Assembly (NCBI GenBank): GCA_977017575.1
Contig: CDRNVI010000010.1
Coordinates: 124,001-188,000, forward strand
Source of the DNA: Paramoeba atlantica
Lineage: Eukaryota > Protista > Discosea
Reading direction: 5' to 3'
DNA length: 64,000 bases
In this document: piece by piece, positions 1-10,420 of the stretch
How positions within the stretch are numbered: position 1 is the stretch's first letter
How the letters are laid out: each line of letters begins with the position of its first letter
The notes under the pieces: model-generated
Databases searched by the model: none
What the model was told of the DNA's origin: nothing
What the model saw: only the letters and a program-made list of their open reading frames with translations
Position numbers and translations under genes: made by a program

Positions 1-3000
1 TTTCGGTGGAGCGGGTATGAAGTCATCGTCTTCATCATCAAAGCTGAGCTGTGGCTTGGAGGCAACCTTGGATGGGGCAGGAGTGGGTTTGCTGACCGTC
101 TCTGTTGGCATCGCTGTGCTCGCCCCAGGTTTTGGTACAGATGTAGCAGGTTTCGGTGGAGCGGGTATGAAATCATCGTCCTCATCATCATCAAAGCTGA
201 ACTGTGGCTTGGAGGCAACCTTGGATGGGGTAGGAGTGGGTTTGCTGACTGTTTCTCCTCGCTTCGTTGTGCTTGCCACAGGCTTTGGTGCAGACGCAGC
301 AGGTTTCGGTGGAGCGGGTATGAAGTCATCGTCCTCATCATCATCAAAGCTGAGCTGTGGCTTGGAGGCAACCTTGGATGGGATAGGAGTGGGTTTGCTG
401 ACCGTCTCTGTTGACTTCGTTGTGCTTGCTACAGGCTTTGGTGCAGATGCAGCAGGTTTCGGTGGAGCGGGTATGAAGTCATCGTCCTCATCATCATCAA
501 AGCTGAGCTGTGGCTTGGAGGCAACCTTGGATGGGATAGGAGTGGGTTTGCTGACCGTCTCTGTTGACTTCGTTGTGCTTGCTACAGGCTTTGGTGCAGA
601 TGTAGCAGGTTTCGGTGGAGCGGGTATGAAGTCATCGTCCTGATCATCATCAAAGCTGGACTGTGGCTTGGAGGCAACCTTGGATGGGATAGGAGTGGGT
701 TTGCTGACCGTCTCTGTTGACTTCGTTGTGCTTGCTACAGGCTTTGGTGCAGATGTAGCAGGTTTCGGTGGAGCGGGTATGAAGTCATCGTCCTCATCAT
801 CATCAAAGCTGAGCTGTGGCTTGGAGGCAACCTTGGATGGGATAGGAGTGGGTTTGCTGACCGTCTCTGTTGACTTCGTTGTGCTTGCTACAGGCTTTGG
901 TGCAGATGCAGCAGGTTTCGGTGGAGCGGGTATGAAGTCATCGTCCTCATCATCATCAAAGCTGAGCTGTGGCTTGGAGGCAACCTTGGATGGGATAGGA
1001 GTGGGTTTGCTGACCGTCTCTGTTGACTTCGTTGTGCTTGCTACAGGCTTTGGTGCAGATGTAGCAGGTTTCGGTGGAGCGGGTATGAAGTCATCGTCCT
1101 GATCATCATCAAAGCTGGACTGTGGCTTGGAGGCAACCTTGGATGGGATAGGAGTGGGTTTGCTGACCGTCTCTGTTGACTTCGTTGTGCTTGCTACAGG
1201 CTTTGGTGCAGATGTAGCAGGTTTCGGTGGAGCGGGTATGAAGTCATCGTCCTCATCATCATCAAAGCTGAACTGTGGCTTGGAGGCAACCTTGGATGAG
1301 GTAGGAGTGGGTTTGCTGACCGTCTCTGTTGACTTCGTTGTGCTCGCCACAGGCTTTGGTGCAGATGCAACAGGTTTCGGTGGAGCGGGTATGAAGTCAT
1401 CGTCTTCATCATCAAAGCTGAACTGTGGTTTGGAGGCAACCTTGGATGAGGTAGGAGTGGGTTTGCTGACCGTCTCTGTTGGCTTCGTTGTGCTTGCTAC
1501 AGGCTTTGGTGCAGATGTAGCAGGTTTCGGTGGAGCGGGTATGAAGTCATCGTCCTCATCATCATCAAAGCTGAACTGTGGCTTGGAGGCAACCTTGGAT
1601 GGGGCAGGAGCGGGTTTGCTGACCGACCCTGTTGGCTTCGTTGTGCTTGCCACAGGCTTTGGTGCAGATGTAGCAGGTTTCGGTGGAGCGGGTATGAAAT
1701 CATCGTCCTCATCATCATCAAAGCTGAGCTGTGGCTTGGAGGCAACCTTGGATGAGGTAGGAGTGGGTTTGCTGACCGTCTCTGTTGGCTTTGCTGTGCT
1801 CGCCACAGGCTTTGGTGCAGATGCAACAGGTTTCGGTGGAGCGGGTATGAAGTCATCGTCTTCATCATCAAAGCTGAACTGTGGCTTGGAGGCAACCTTG
1901 GATGGGGTAGGAGTGGGTTTGCTGACCGTCTCTGTTGACTTCGTTGTGCTCGCCACAGGTTTTGGTACAGATGCAGCAGGTTTCGGTGGAGCGGGTATGA
2001 AATCATCGTCCTCATCATCATCAAAGCTGAACTGTGGTTTGGAGGCAACCTTGGATGGGATAGGAGTGGGTTTGCTGACCGTCTCTGTTGGCTTCGTTGT
2101 GCTTGCTACAGGTTTTAGTGCAGATGCAACAGGTTTCGGTGGAGCGGGTATGAAGTCATCGTCCTCATCATCATCAAAGCTGAACTGTGGCTTGGAGGCA
2201 ACCTTGGATGAGGTAGGAGTGGGTTTGCTGACCGTCTCTGTTGGCTTCGTTGTGCTTGCCACAGGTTTTGGTGCAGATGCAGCAGGTTTCGGTGGAGCGG
2301 GTATGAAGTCATCGTCCTCATCATCACCAAAGCTGAACTGTGGCTTGGAGGCAACCTTGGATGGGATAGGAGTGGGTTTGCTGACCGTCTCTGTTGGCTT
2401 CGTTGTGCTTGCCACAGGTTTTGGTGCAGATGCAGCAGGTTTCGGTGGAGCGGGTATGAAGTCATCGTCCTCATCATCACCAAAGCTGAACTGTGGCTTG
2501 GAGGCAACCTTGGATGGGATAGGAGTGGGTTTGCTGACCGTCTCTGTTGACTTCGTTGTGCTCGCCACAGGCTTTGGTGCAGATGCAACAGGTTTCGGTG
2601 GAGCGGGTATGAAGTCATCGTCTTCATCATCAAAGCTGAACTGTGGTTTGGAGGCAACCTTGGATGAGGTAGGAGTGGCTTTGCTGACCGTCTCTGTTGG
2701 CTTCGTTGTGCTTGCTACAGGCTTTGGTGCAGATGTAGCAGGTTTCGGTGGAGCGGGTATGAAGTCATCGTCCTCATCATCATCAAAGCTGAACTGTGGC
2801 TTGGAGGCAACCTTGGATGGGGCAGGAGCGGGTTTGCTGACCGACCCTGTTGGCTTCGTTGTGCTTGCCACAGGCTTTGGTGCAGATGTAGCAGGTTTCG
2901 GTGGAGCGGGTATGAAATCATCGTCCTCATCATCATCAAAGCTGAGCTGTGGCTTGGAGGCAACCTTGGATGAGGTAGGAGTGGGTTTGCTGACCGTCTC

Positions 3001-6000
3001 TGTTGGCTTTGCTGTGCTCGCCACAGGCTTTGGTGCAGATGCAACAGGTTTCGGTGGAGCGGGTATGAAGTCATCGTCTTCATCATCAAAGCTGAACTGT
3101 GGCTTGGAGGCAACCTTGGATGGGGTAGGAGTGGGTTTGCTGACCGTCTCTGTTGACTTCGTTGTGCTCGCCACAGGTTTTGGTACAGATGCAGCAGGTT
3201 TCGGTGGAGCGGGTATGAAATCATCGTCCTCATCATCATCAAAGCTGAACTGTGGTTTGGAGGCAACCTTGGATGGGATAGGAGTGGGTTTGCTGACCGT
3301 CTCTGTTGGCTTCGTTGTGCTTGCTACAGGTTTTAGTGCAGATGCAACAGGTTTCGGTGGAGCGGGTATGAAGTCATCGTCCTCATCATCATCAAAGCTG
3401 AACTGTGGCTTGGAGGCAACCTTGGATGAGGTAGGAGTGGGTTTGCTGACCGTCTCTGTTGGCTTCGTTGTGCTTGCCACAGGTTTTGGTGCAGATGCAG
3501 CAGGTTTCGGTGGAGCGGGTATGAAGTCATCGTCCTCATCATCACCAAAGCTGAACTGTGGCTTGGAGGCAACCTTGGATGGGATAGGAGTGGGTTTGCT
3601 GACCGTCTCTGTTGGCTTCGTTGTGCTTGCCACAGGTTTTGGTGCAGATGCAGCAGGTTTCGGTGGAGCGGGTATGAAGTCATCGTCCTCATCATCACCA
3701 AAGCTGAACTGTGGCTTGGAGGCAACCTTGGATGGGATAGGAGTGGGTTTGCTGACCGTCTCCGTTGACTTCGTTGTGCTTGCTACAGGCTTTGGTGCAG
3801 ATGTAGCAGGTTTCGGTGGAGCGGGTATGAAATCATCGTCCTCATCATTATCAAAGCTGAACTGTGGCTTGGAGGCAACCTTGGATGGGGCAGGAGTGGG
3901 TTTGCTGACCGTCTCTGTTGACTTCGTTGTGCTTGCTACAGGCTTAAAGGCTACAGGTGCAGATGTAGCTGGTTTCGGTGGAGCGGGTATGAAATCATCG
4001 TCCTCATCATCATCAAAGCTGAACTGTGGTTTGGAGGCAACCTTGGATGGGATAGGAGTGGGTTTGCTGACCGTCTCTGTTGGCTTCGTTGTGCTTGCCA
4101 CAGGTTTTGGTGCAGATGCAGCAGGTTTCGGTGGAGCGGGTATGAAGTCATCGTCCTCATCATCACCAAAGCTGAACTGTGGCTTGGAGGCAACCTTGGA
4201 TGGGATAGGAGTGGGTTTGCTGACCGTCTCCGTTGACTTCGTTGTGCTTGCTACAGGCTTTGGTGCAGATGTAGCAGGTTTCGGTGGAGCGGGTATGAAG
4301 TCATCGTCCTCATCATCATCAAAGCTGAACTGTGGCTTGGAGGCAACCTTGGATGGGGTAGGAGTGGGTTTGCTGACCGTCTCTGTTGACTTCGTTGTGC
4401 TTGCTACAGGCTTTGGTGCAGATGTAGCAGGTTTCGGTGGAGCGGGTATGAAATCATCGTCCTCATCATCATCAAAGCTGAACTGTGGTTTGGAGGCAAC
4501 CTTGGATGGGATAGGAGTGGGTTTGCTGACCGTCTCTGTTGGCTTCGTTGTGCTTGCCACAGGTTTTGCTGCAGATGCAACAGGTTTCGGTGGAGCGGGT
4601 ATGAAGTCATCGTCCTCATCATCAACGCTGAACTGTGGCTTGGAGGCAACCTTGGATGGGATAGGAGTGGGTTTGCTGACCGTCTCTGTTGGCTTCGTTG
4701 TGCTTGCCACAGGTTTTGGTGCAGATGCAGCAGGTTTCGGTGGAGCGGGTATGAAGTCATCGTCCTCATCATCACCAAAGCTGAACTGTGGCTTGGAGGC
4801 AACCTTGGATGGGATAGGAGTGGGTTTGCTGACCGTCTCCGTTGACTTCGTTGTGCTTGCTACAGGCTTTGGTGCAGATGTAGCAGGTTTCGGTGGAGCG
4901 GGTATGAAATCATCGTCCTCATCATTATCAAAGCTGAACTGTGGCTTGGAGGCAACCTTGGATGGGGCAGGAGTGGGTTTGCTGACCGTCTCTGTTGACT
5001 TCGTTGTGCTTGCTACAGGCTTAAAGGCTACAGGTGCAGATGTAGCTGGTTTCGGTGGAGCGGGTATGAAATCATCGTCCTCATCATCATCAAAGCTGAA
5101 CTGTGGTTTGGAGGCAACCTTGGATGGGATAGGAGTGGGTTTGCTGACCGTCTCTGTTGGCTTCGTTGTGCTTGCCACAGGTTTTGGTGCAGATGCAGCA
5201 GGTTTCGGTGGAGCGGGTATGAAGTCATCGTCCTCATCATCACCAAAGCTGAACTGTGGCTTGGAGGCAACCTTGGATGGGGCAGGAGTGGGTTTGCTGA
5301 CCGTCTCTGTTGACTTCGTTGTGCTTGCTACAGGCTTAAAGGCTACAGGTGCAGATGTAGCTGGTTTCGGTGGAGCGGGTATGAAATCATCGTCCTCATC
5401 ATCATCAAAGCTGAACTGTGGTTTGGAGGCAACCTTGGATGGGATACGAGTGGGTTTGCTGACCGTCTCTGTTGGCTTCGTTGTGCTTGCCACAGGTTTT
5501 GGTGCAGATGCAGCAGGTTTCGGTGGAGCGGGTATGAAGTCATCGTCCTCATCATCACCAAAGCTGAACTGTGGCTTGGAGGCAACCTTGGATGGGATAG
5601 GAGTGGGTTTGCTGACCGTCTCCGTTGACTTCGTTGTGCTTGCTACAGGCTTTGGTGCAGATGTAGCAGGTTTCGGTGGAGCGGGTATGAAATCATCGTC
5701 CTCATCATTATCAAAGCTGAACTGTGGCTTGGAGGCAACCTTGGATGGGGCAGGAGTGGGTTTGCTGACCGTCTCTGTTGACTTCGTTGTGCTTGCTACA
5801 GGCTTAAAGGCTACAGGTGCAGATGTAGCTGGTTTCGGTGGAGCGGGTATGAAATCATCGTCCTCATCATCATCAAAGCTGAACTGTGGTTTGGAGGCAA
5901 CCTTGGATGGGATAGGAGTGGGTTTGCTGACCGTCTCTGTTGGCTTCGTTGTGCTTGCCACAGGTTTTGGTGCAGATGCAGCAGGTTTCGGTGGAGCGGG

Positions 6001-7435
6001 TATGAAGTCATCGTCCTCATCATCACCAAAGCTGAACTGTGGCTTGGAGGCAACCTTGGATGGGGCAGGAGTGGGTTTGCTGACCGTCTCTGTTGACTTC
6101 GTTGTGCTTGCTACAGGCTTTGGTGCAGATGTAGCAGGTTTCGGTGGAGCGGGTATGAAATCATCGTCCTCATCATTATCAAAGCTGAACTGTGGCTTGG
6201 AGGCAACCTTGGATGGGGCAGGAGTGGGTTTGCTGACCGTCTCTGTTGACTTCGTTGTGCTTGCTACAGGCTTAAAGGCTACAGGTGCAGATGTAGCTGG
6301 TTTCGGTGGAGCGGGTATGAAATCATCGTCCTCATCATCATCAAAGCTGAACTGTGGTTTGGAGGCAACCTTGGATGGGATAGGAGTGGGTTTGCTGACC
6401 GTCTCTGTTGGCTTCGTTGTGCTTGCCACAGGTTTTGCTGCAGATGCAGCAGGTTTCGGTGGAGCGGGTATGAAGTCATCGTCCTCATCATCACCAAAGC
6501 TGAACTGTGGCTTGGAGGCAACCTTGGATGGGATAGGAGTGGGTTTGCTGACCGTCTCTGTTGGCTTCGTTGTGCTTGCCACAGGTTTTGCTGCAGATGC
6601 AGCAGGTTTCGGTGGAGCGGGTATGAAGTCATCGTCCTCATCATCACCAAAGCTGAACTGTGGCTTGGAGGCAACCTTGGATGGGATAGGAGTGGGTTTG
6701 CTGACCGTCTCCGTTGACTTCGTTGTGCTTGCTACAGGCTTTGGTGCAGATGTAGCAGGTTTCGGTGGAGCGGGTATGAAATCATCGTCCTCATCATCAT
6801 CAAAGCTGAACTGTGGTTTGGAGGCAACCTTGGATGGGATAGGAGTGGGTTTGCTGACCGTCTCTGTTGGCTTCGTTGTGCTTGCCACAGGTTTTGCTGC
6901 AGATGCAACAGGTTTCGGTGGAGCGGGTATGAAGTCATCGTCCTCATCATCATCAAAGCTGAACTGTGGCTTGGAGGCAACCTTGGATGAGGTAGGAGTG
7001 GGTTTGCTGACCGTCTCTGTTGACTTCGTTGTGCTTACCACAGGCTTTGGTGCAGATGTAGCAGGTTTCGGTGGAGCGGGTATGAAATCATCGTCCTCAT
7101 CATCATCAAAGCTGAGCTGTGGCTTGGAGGCAACCTTGGATGGGGTAGGAGTGGGTTTGCTGACCGTCTCTGTTGACTTCGTTGTGCTTGCCACAGGCTT
7201 TGGTGCAGATGTAGCAGGTTTCGGTGGAGCGGGTATGAAGTCATCGTCCTCATCATCATCAAAGCTGAACTGTGGCTTGGAGGCAACCTTGGATGGGGTA
7301 GGAGTGGGTTTGCTGACCGTCTCTGTTGACTTCGTTGTGCTTGCTACAGGCTTTGGTGCAGATGTAGCAGGTTTCGGTGGAGCGGGTATGAAATCATCGT
7401 CTTCATCATCAAAGCTGAGCTGTGGCTTGGAGGTA
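1..7435. repeat. Coding tandem array with 150/153/162-bp units and higher-order duplications
   Basis: ggagcgggtatgaa(g/a)tcatcgtc recurs every 150-162 bp; the block from ~1381 recurs 1218 bp later at ~2599. Confidence 0.97.
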
Positions 7436-8586
7436 TCGTTGGCATGTGATGTACGTAATTCATGGTTTGGATTCAGTTCATTAGCTGCTGGCTGAGGTTT
7501 TTGAAGACAGACACGCGTGTGTTGGAATGCTGCTGTATGATTCGAGTGAGCTGCTTTTGAAGGAGGTGTAGTGATGTCGTTGGATTCGGGAACCATTTTC
7601 AGCTTGTTGCGTAGCGTGGATCTGGTTGAGGTATGTAATTCATGGACAGAAGAATGGCTAGGTGATAGAGATTCTGTTTGAATGTCTGTGTTTGCGTTTG
7701 TGAGATCGTTGTGAAGGGCCTCATATAGTATGTGTTCCACGTTGATGCGTTGAATATGTGATATCTCGGCAATGTTCTCTGCGTTCCAGGTCTTTGGTGG
7801 TGTATTTAGAACGAGATTAATGCGCCTCTCGATCAGTTCCAGAGTTTGAAGTAATTGTCCTAACCTGTTGCGTATACTTGTATTTCTTGCAAAAATATGG
7901 TTGTCGTCCTTGTAGAAAGAAAGATTGCATTGTATTTCATTTTTGCCGCGATGGGCTGTCACGTGTTCTGAGGAAGAGATGAAGAGACTGGATGCTTCCA
8001 GCAAATCGCTATCAGTTAGTACCCCAGGAGAAGCGGCAGGTTTGCCTGCTATGCGTTCGAGATAGAGTGAACGCTCTTTAATCAGTTTGTTTACAATACG
8101 TAAAGGAGAATTGCTGCGCTCCGTAAATTTGTGATTGTATGGGGATATACCTGCAGGGTTGACACTGCGAGCTGAACACGTAGGACAATTTTTATCGTTG
8201 AACCGGTCTCTTGGAGATGCGTGATAACGATGACCGTGAATACATGTCCACCACTTTAGACTTCTATCGTTGGCATCTAGTTCGAAGAAACCGTTGACAC
8301 TTATGTGAGAATCTTCAGCACCACATTTCTTTTGCACCGCTTCAGAGAAACGCTCATTTCCGCGATATTCGCACTCTAGATCAGGCCGAACAACAGAGAG
8401 ACGGATCTGCGGTTCTTTGTCACTGACTTCAGCGGTAAGCTTGTCAATCGTTGCTGAAGCACATGTTTTGATACTGTATTTACAACGTGTTTGCATTCCA
8501 TAAGGGAGCGGGACACCAAATGTCCTACATGGTCTGCAAGCCAGAAGTGTCTGTAACTTAAAAGAGAATCTCTTTCCAGCGTACAT
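1..8586 (-). CDS. Giant repeat protein, 3' end beyond the window (>=2862 aa): N-terminal DUF4379-like zinc ribbon plus ~48 tandem 50-54 aa acidic/Pro-Thr-Lys repeats
   Basis: Hand translation from ATG 8586 (MYAGKRFSFKLQ...) stays open through the unique region and into the array; repeat-unit lengths are multiples of 3, so the frame is inferred open to base 1. Contains LSVVRPDLECEY...LKWWTCIHGHRY...NCPTC, then repeats of KPQFSFDDDEDDDFIPAPPKPATSAPKPVASTTKSTETVSKPTPTPSKVAS. Absent from the ORF track because no stop falls inside the window. Confidence 0.85.
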   Translation of the reverse strand, partial: MYAGKRFSFKLQTLLACRPCRTFGVPLPYGMQTRCKYSIKTCASATIDKLTAEVSDKEPQIRLSVVRPDLECEYRGNERFSEAVQKKCGAEDSHISVNGFFELDANDRSLKWWTCIHGHRYHASPRDRFNDKNCPTCSARSVNPAGISPYNHKFTERSNSPLRIVNKLIKERSLYLERIAGKPAASPGVLTDSDLLEASSLFISSSEHVTAHRGKNEIQCNLSFYKDDNHIFARNTSIRNRLGQLLQTLELIERRINLVLNTPPKTWNAENIAEISHIQRINVEHILYEALHNDLTNANTDIQTESLSPSHSSVHELHTSTRSTLRNKLKMVPESNDITTPPSKAAHSNHTAAFQHTRVCLQKPQPAANELNPNHELRTSHANDTSKPQLSFDDEDDDFIPAPPKPATSAPKPVASTTKSTETVSKPTPTPSKVASKPQFSFDDDEDDDFIPAPPKPATSAPKPVASTTKSTETVSKPTPTPSKVASKPQLSFDDDEDDDFIPAPPKPATSAPKPVVSTTKSTETVSKPTPTSSKVASKPQFSFDDDEDDDFIPAPPKPVASAAKPVASTTKPTETVSKPTPIPSKVASKPQFSFDDDEDDDFIPAPPKPATSAPKPVASTTKSTETVSKPTPIPSKVASKPQFSFGDDEDDDFIPAPPKPAASAAKPVASTTKPTETVSKPTPIPSKVASKPQFSFGDDEDDDFIPAPPKPAASAAKPVASTTKPTETVSKPTPIPSKVASKPQFSFDDDEDDDFIPAPPKPATSAPVAFKPVASTTKSTETVSKPTPAPSKVASKPQFSFDNDEDDDFIPAPPKPATSAPKPVASTTKSTETVSKPTPAPSKVASKPQFSFGDDEDDDFIPAPPKPAASAPKPVASTTKPTETVSKPTPIPSKVASKPQFSFDDDEDDDFIPAPPKPATSAPVAFKPVASTTKSTETVSKPTPAPSKVASKPQFSFDNDEDDDFIPAPPKPATSAPKPVASTTKSTETVSKPTPIPSKVASKPQFSFGDDEDDDFIPAPPKPAASAPKPVASTTKPTETVSKPTRIPSKVASKPQFSFDDDEDDDFIPAPPKPATSAPVAFKPVASTTKSTETVSKPTPAPSKVASKPQFSFGDDEDDDFIPAPPKPAASAPKPVASTTKPTETVSKPTPIPSKVASKPQFSFDDDEDDDFIPAPPKPATSAPVAFKPVASTTKSTETVSKPTPAPSKVASKPQFSFDNDEDDDFIPAPPKPATSAPKPVASTTKSTETVSKPTPIPSKVASKPQFSFGDDEDDDFIPAPPKPAASAPKPVASTTKPTETVSKPTPIPSKVASKPQFSVDDEDDDFIPAPPKPVASAAKPVASTTKPTETVSKPTPIPSKVASKPQFSFDDDEDDDFIPAPPKPATSAPKPVASTTKSTETVSKPTPTPSKVASKPQFSFDDDEDDDFIPAPPKPATSAPKPVASTTKSTETVSKPTPIPSKVASKPQFSFGDDEDDDFIPAPPKPAASAPKPVASTTKPTETVSKPTPIPSKVASKPQFSFDDDEDDDFIPAPPKPATSAPVAFKPVASTTKSTETVSKPTPAPSKVASKPQFSFDNDEDDDFIPAPPKPATSAPKPVASTTKSTETVSKPTPIPSKVASKPQFSFGDDEDDDFIPAPPKPAASAPKPVASTTKPTETVSKPTPIPSKVASKPQFSFGDDEDDDFIPAPPKPAASAPKPVASTTKPTETVSKPTPTSSKVASKPQFSFDDDEDDDFIPAPPKPVASALKPVASTTKPTETVSKPTPIPSKVASKPQFSFDDDEDDDFIPAPPKPAASVPKPVASTTKSTETVSKPTPTPSKVASKPQFSFDDEDDDFIPAPPKPVASAPKPVASTAKPTETVSKPTPTSSKVASKPQLSFDDDEDDDFIPAPPKPATSAPKPVASTTKPTGSVSKPAPAPSKVASKPQFSFDDDEDDDFIPAPPKPATSAPKPVASTTKPTETVSKATPTSSKVASKPQFSFDDEDDDFIPAPPKPVASAPKPVASTTKSTETVSKPTPIPSKVASKPQFSFGDDEDDDFIPAPPKPAASAPKPVASTTKPTETVSKPTPIPSKVASKPQFSFGDDEDDDFIPAPPKPAASAPKPVASTTKPTETVSKPTPTSSKVASKPQFSFDDDEDDDFIPAPPKPVASALKPVASTTKPTETVSKPTPIPSKVASKPQFSFDDDEDDDFIPAPPKPAASVPKPVASTTKSTETVSKPTPTPSKVASKPQFSFDDEDDDFIPAPPKPVASAPKPVASTAKPTETVSKPTPTSSKVASKPQLSFDDDEDDDFIPAPPKPATSAPKPVASTTKPTGSVSKPAPAPSKVASKPQFSFDDDEDDDFIPAPPKPATSAPKPVASTTKPTETVSKPTPTSSKVASKPQFSFDDEDDDFIPAPPKPVASAPKPVASTTKSTETVSKPTPTSSKVASKPQFSFDDDEDDDFIPAPPKPATSAPKPVASTTKSTETVSKPTPIPSKVASKPQSSFDDDQDDDFIPAPPKPATSAPKPVASTTKSTETVSKPTPIPSKVASKPQLSFDDDEDDDFIPAPPKPAASAPKPVASTTKSTETVSKPTPIPSKVASKPQLSFDDDEDDDFIPAPPKPATSAPKPVASTTKSTETVSKPTPIPSKVASKPQSSFDDDQDDDFIPAPPKPATSAPKPVASTTKSTETVSKPTPIPSKVASKPQLSFDDDEDDDFIPAPPKPAASAPKPVASTTKSTETVSKPTPIPSKVASKPQLSFDDDEDDDFIPAPPKPAASAPKPVASTTKRGETVSKPTPTPSKVASKPQFSFDDDEDDDFIPAPPKPATSVPKPGASTAMPTETVSKPTPAPSKVASKPQLSFDDEDDDFIPAPPK

Positions 8587-9139
8587 TTGCCCTCCAGTAC
8601 TATATCGAAATAGAACTTAGAAGATATGGAAACAGAAGACTTCTGGAAACTTATTAAAAACGTGCATAGTATTCAGTATTTTTCAGATTTCATGTAACTC
8701 AAATGTTGAGTACAGGTATTCTCCACCGGAAAGAAAAGATAAAAGGCAACGGGATTATTACACTTATCTTACAGTGTAAATATTTTAACCTTTTGAACTA
8801 ACGCTCTACAGCTAAAATTGCACAGAATTCCACCATTAAGTAAGGTGTTAAGGACAGGTGGCAAAAAGTTCATGGTGAAGGGATTATTTTTCTAACACTT
8901 ATTTCACATATTGACAATACTAAATAAAAAAGTAGCTTCTGATAATATAAAAAGATTCAAAAACTTTCTCAAAAGACGAGATTCGAGGTGGTATCTTTTG
9001 CTCGTGTACCAATGTATCGAAAAATGGAAATCTATCGTACTGTATGAAACGGACCTACCTGAGGGCTCCATATACATGTAGAATCTAACTGTTTTGTAGC
9101 ATTATGGATTCACTAAAACCGTTCTTCGCCAGAACTAGT

Positions 9140-10249
9140 TCAAATGTTGGAAGAAAATCTTTTATTACCTCCTTCCAGCGGATGGACTTCTACTTTCTGT
9201 TCGTTTCCCTCTGAAACTGCTGCTGGCGGGGCTCGATATGACTTTTTCCACTCTTCGAAACTTTTGGAACGGGTAGGAAAATCTTTTCTCGGAGTTTGAG
9301 TTCCTCGTGTTGTTCCCGAGTACGCATCTTCACCGCCATGCTTCTCGTGTCTCCGGTGACTGTTTGGACTGCTAGGGGCCGTGCGAGGCCGGGATACTTC
9401 CCCAATGCGTGAGGCGTACACTTTGAGAGCTCCCGTAAGTTCATCGATAGTTTGAATTTGTATTCTATTTTGTGAAGCCAACGCTGCTATTTCCTGCTCT
9501 CGTTTTGCCAAATCTGAATCCCATTTCTCTTCGAAGCGGTGCACGGCTCTTTCAAGAGCTTCAGTGATTTCCGCGTTGGCAGCTAACATTTTCTCAATTT
9601 TGCGCTGTAGTGCGCGACGTCGCGCAGAAGTGTAATAAATATAAAGTGAGACGATTACGAAAAGAGCAAAACCAAAAATATTGACAGAGCCAAGATTCCG
9701 CATCTGTTCGCGAGTCGAATCTATGAAACTTTCCGCATATTGAGAAAAAACGGCGGTCGATCCCAATGCTCCGTCATTGCATTCTTCAGAAGTGCCTCCT
9801 ATCTCGTCAGAACTGCGTTTTGTATTGTCATTCGCCTCCTTATCAACTTTTCGTTCAGCGAATTTCTTTTTCCCCGAGGTAGTTTCCTTTTCGAAATCTG
9901 CTGCGGGTGTCTTAGATTCATGAATCTTGTCAGGTTTGGAATGTACAGGGCCGGTCGCATACCAACGTGTCGAACCGCCCTGCAAGTTGGAAACACATGA
10001 GAAAGGTAGGGCCAATCTGTAGTGGACTTGACAACGCATCTTGCGCAACAAGACGCTTACGTCTCGGATCCCACCCAATTTGCGCGGAAAATGCTGCATT
10101 TGTAAATAGTGACTGGTTTTATGTGATAAAAGAGTCCTATGAAATATGAAACCAGATGTTTGAAACAAAATTTTGACGACGGGATTAAAGAATAGGATAA
10201 ACATTGTATCGACCATGATCAAACTGTACGCGTGTGCGTTGATGATCAT
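9140..10249 (-). CDS. Hypothetical single-pass membrane and coiled-coil protein, probably mitochondrial (likely start ATG 10039)
   Basis: 369-aa ORF; presequence-like MRCQVHYRLALPF...TRWYAT; one hydrophobic segment IFGFALFVIVSLYIYY followed by a coiled-coil-like region. Confidence 0.7.
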   Translation of the reverse strand: MIINAHAYSLIMVDTMFILFFNPVVKILFQTSGFIFHRTLLSHKTSHYLQMQHFPRKLGGIRDVSVLLRKMRCQVHYRLALPFSCVSNLQGGSTRWYATGPVHSKPDKIHESKTPAADFEKETTSGKKKFAERKVDKEANDNTKRSSDEIGGTSEECNDGALGSTAVFSQYAESFIDSTREQMRNLGSVNIFGFALFVIVSLYIYYTSARRRALQRKIEKMLAANAEITEALERAVHRFEEKWDSDLAKREQEIAALASQNRIQIQTIDELTGALKVYASRIGEVSRPRTAPSSPNSHRRHEKHGGEDAYSGTTRGTQTPRKDFPTRSKSFEEWKKSYRAPPAAVSEGNEQKVEVHPLEGGNKRFSSNI

Positions 10250-10420
10250 ATATTCGGCTTCCAGCTACTTAGCACAACCCAAACAGTGATGCTCTCAGTG
10301 CAACAAATTAACAGAGACGTTTTGTATTCCCCAGAGAACTGGGTAGTGTGCAAAATCCTTTGCTACACTATATTGCTCTTTGACTGAAAACTTACATGTT
10401 CTAGATCACTACACAACATA

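Noticed and set aside
17-7495. Plus-strand ORFs of up to 2122 aa and short minus-strand MPPSHSS... ORFs
   Set aside because: Shadow frames of the coding repeat: the plus frame is broken by TGA at 641 and 1100 and ends where the array ends, while the true minus frame continues into unique sequence.
8796-8805. AACTAACGCT, identical to the first 10 nt of the kinetoplastid spliced leader
   Set aside because: Downstream sequence does not match the SL exon or its GT donor; a 10-mer is plausible by chance in 64 kb on two strands.
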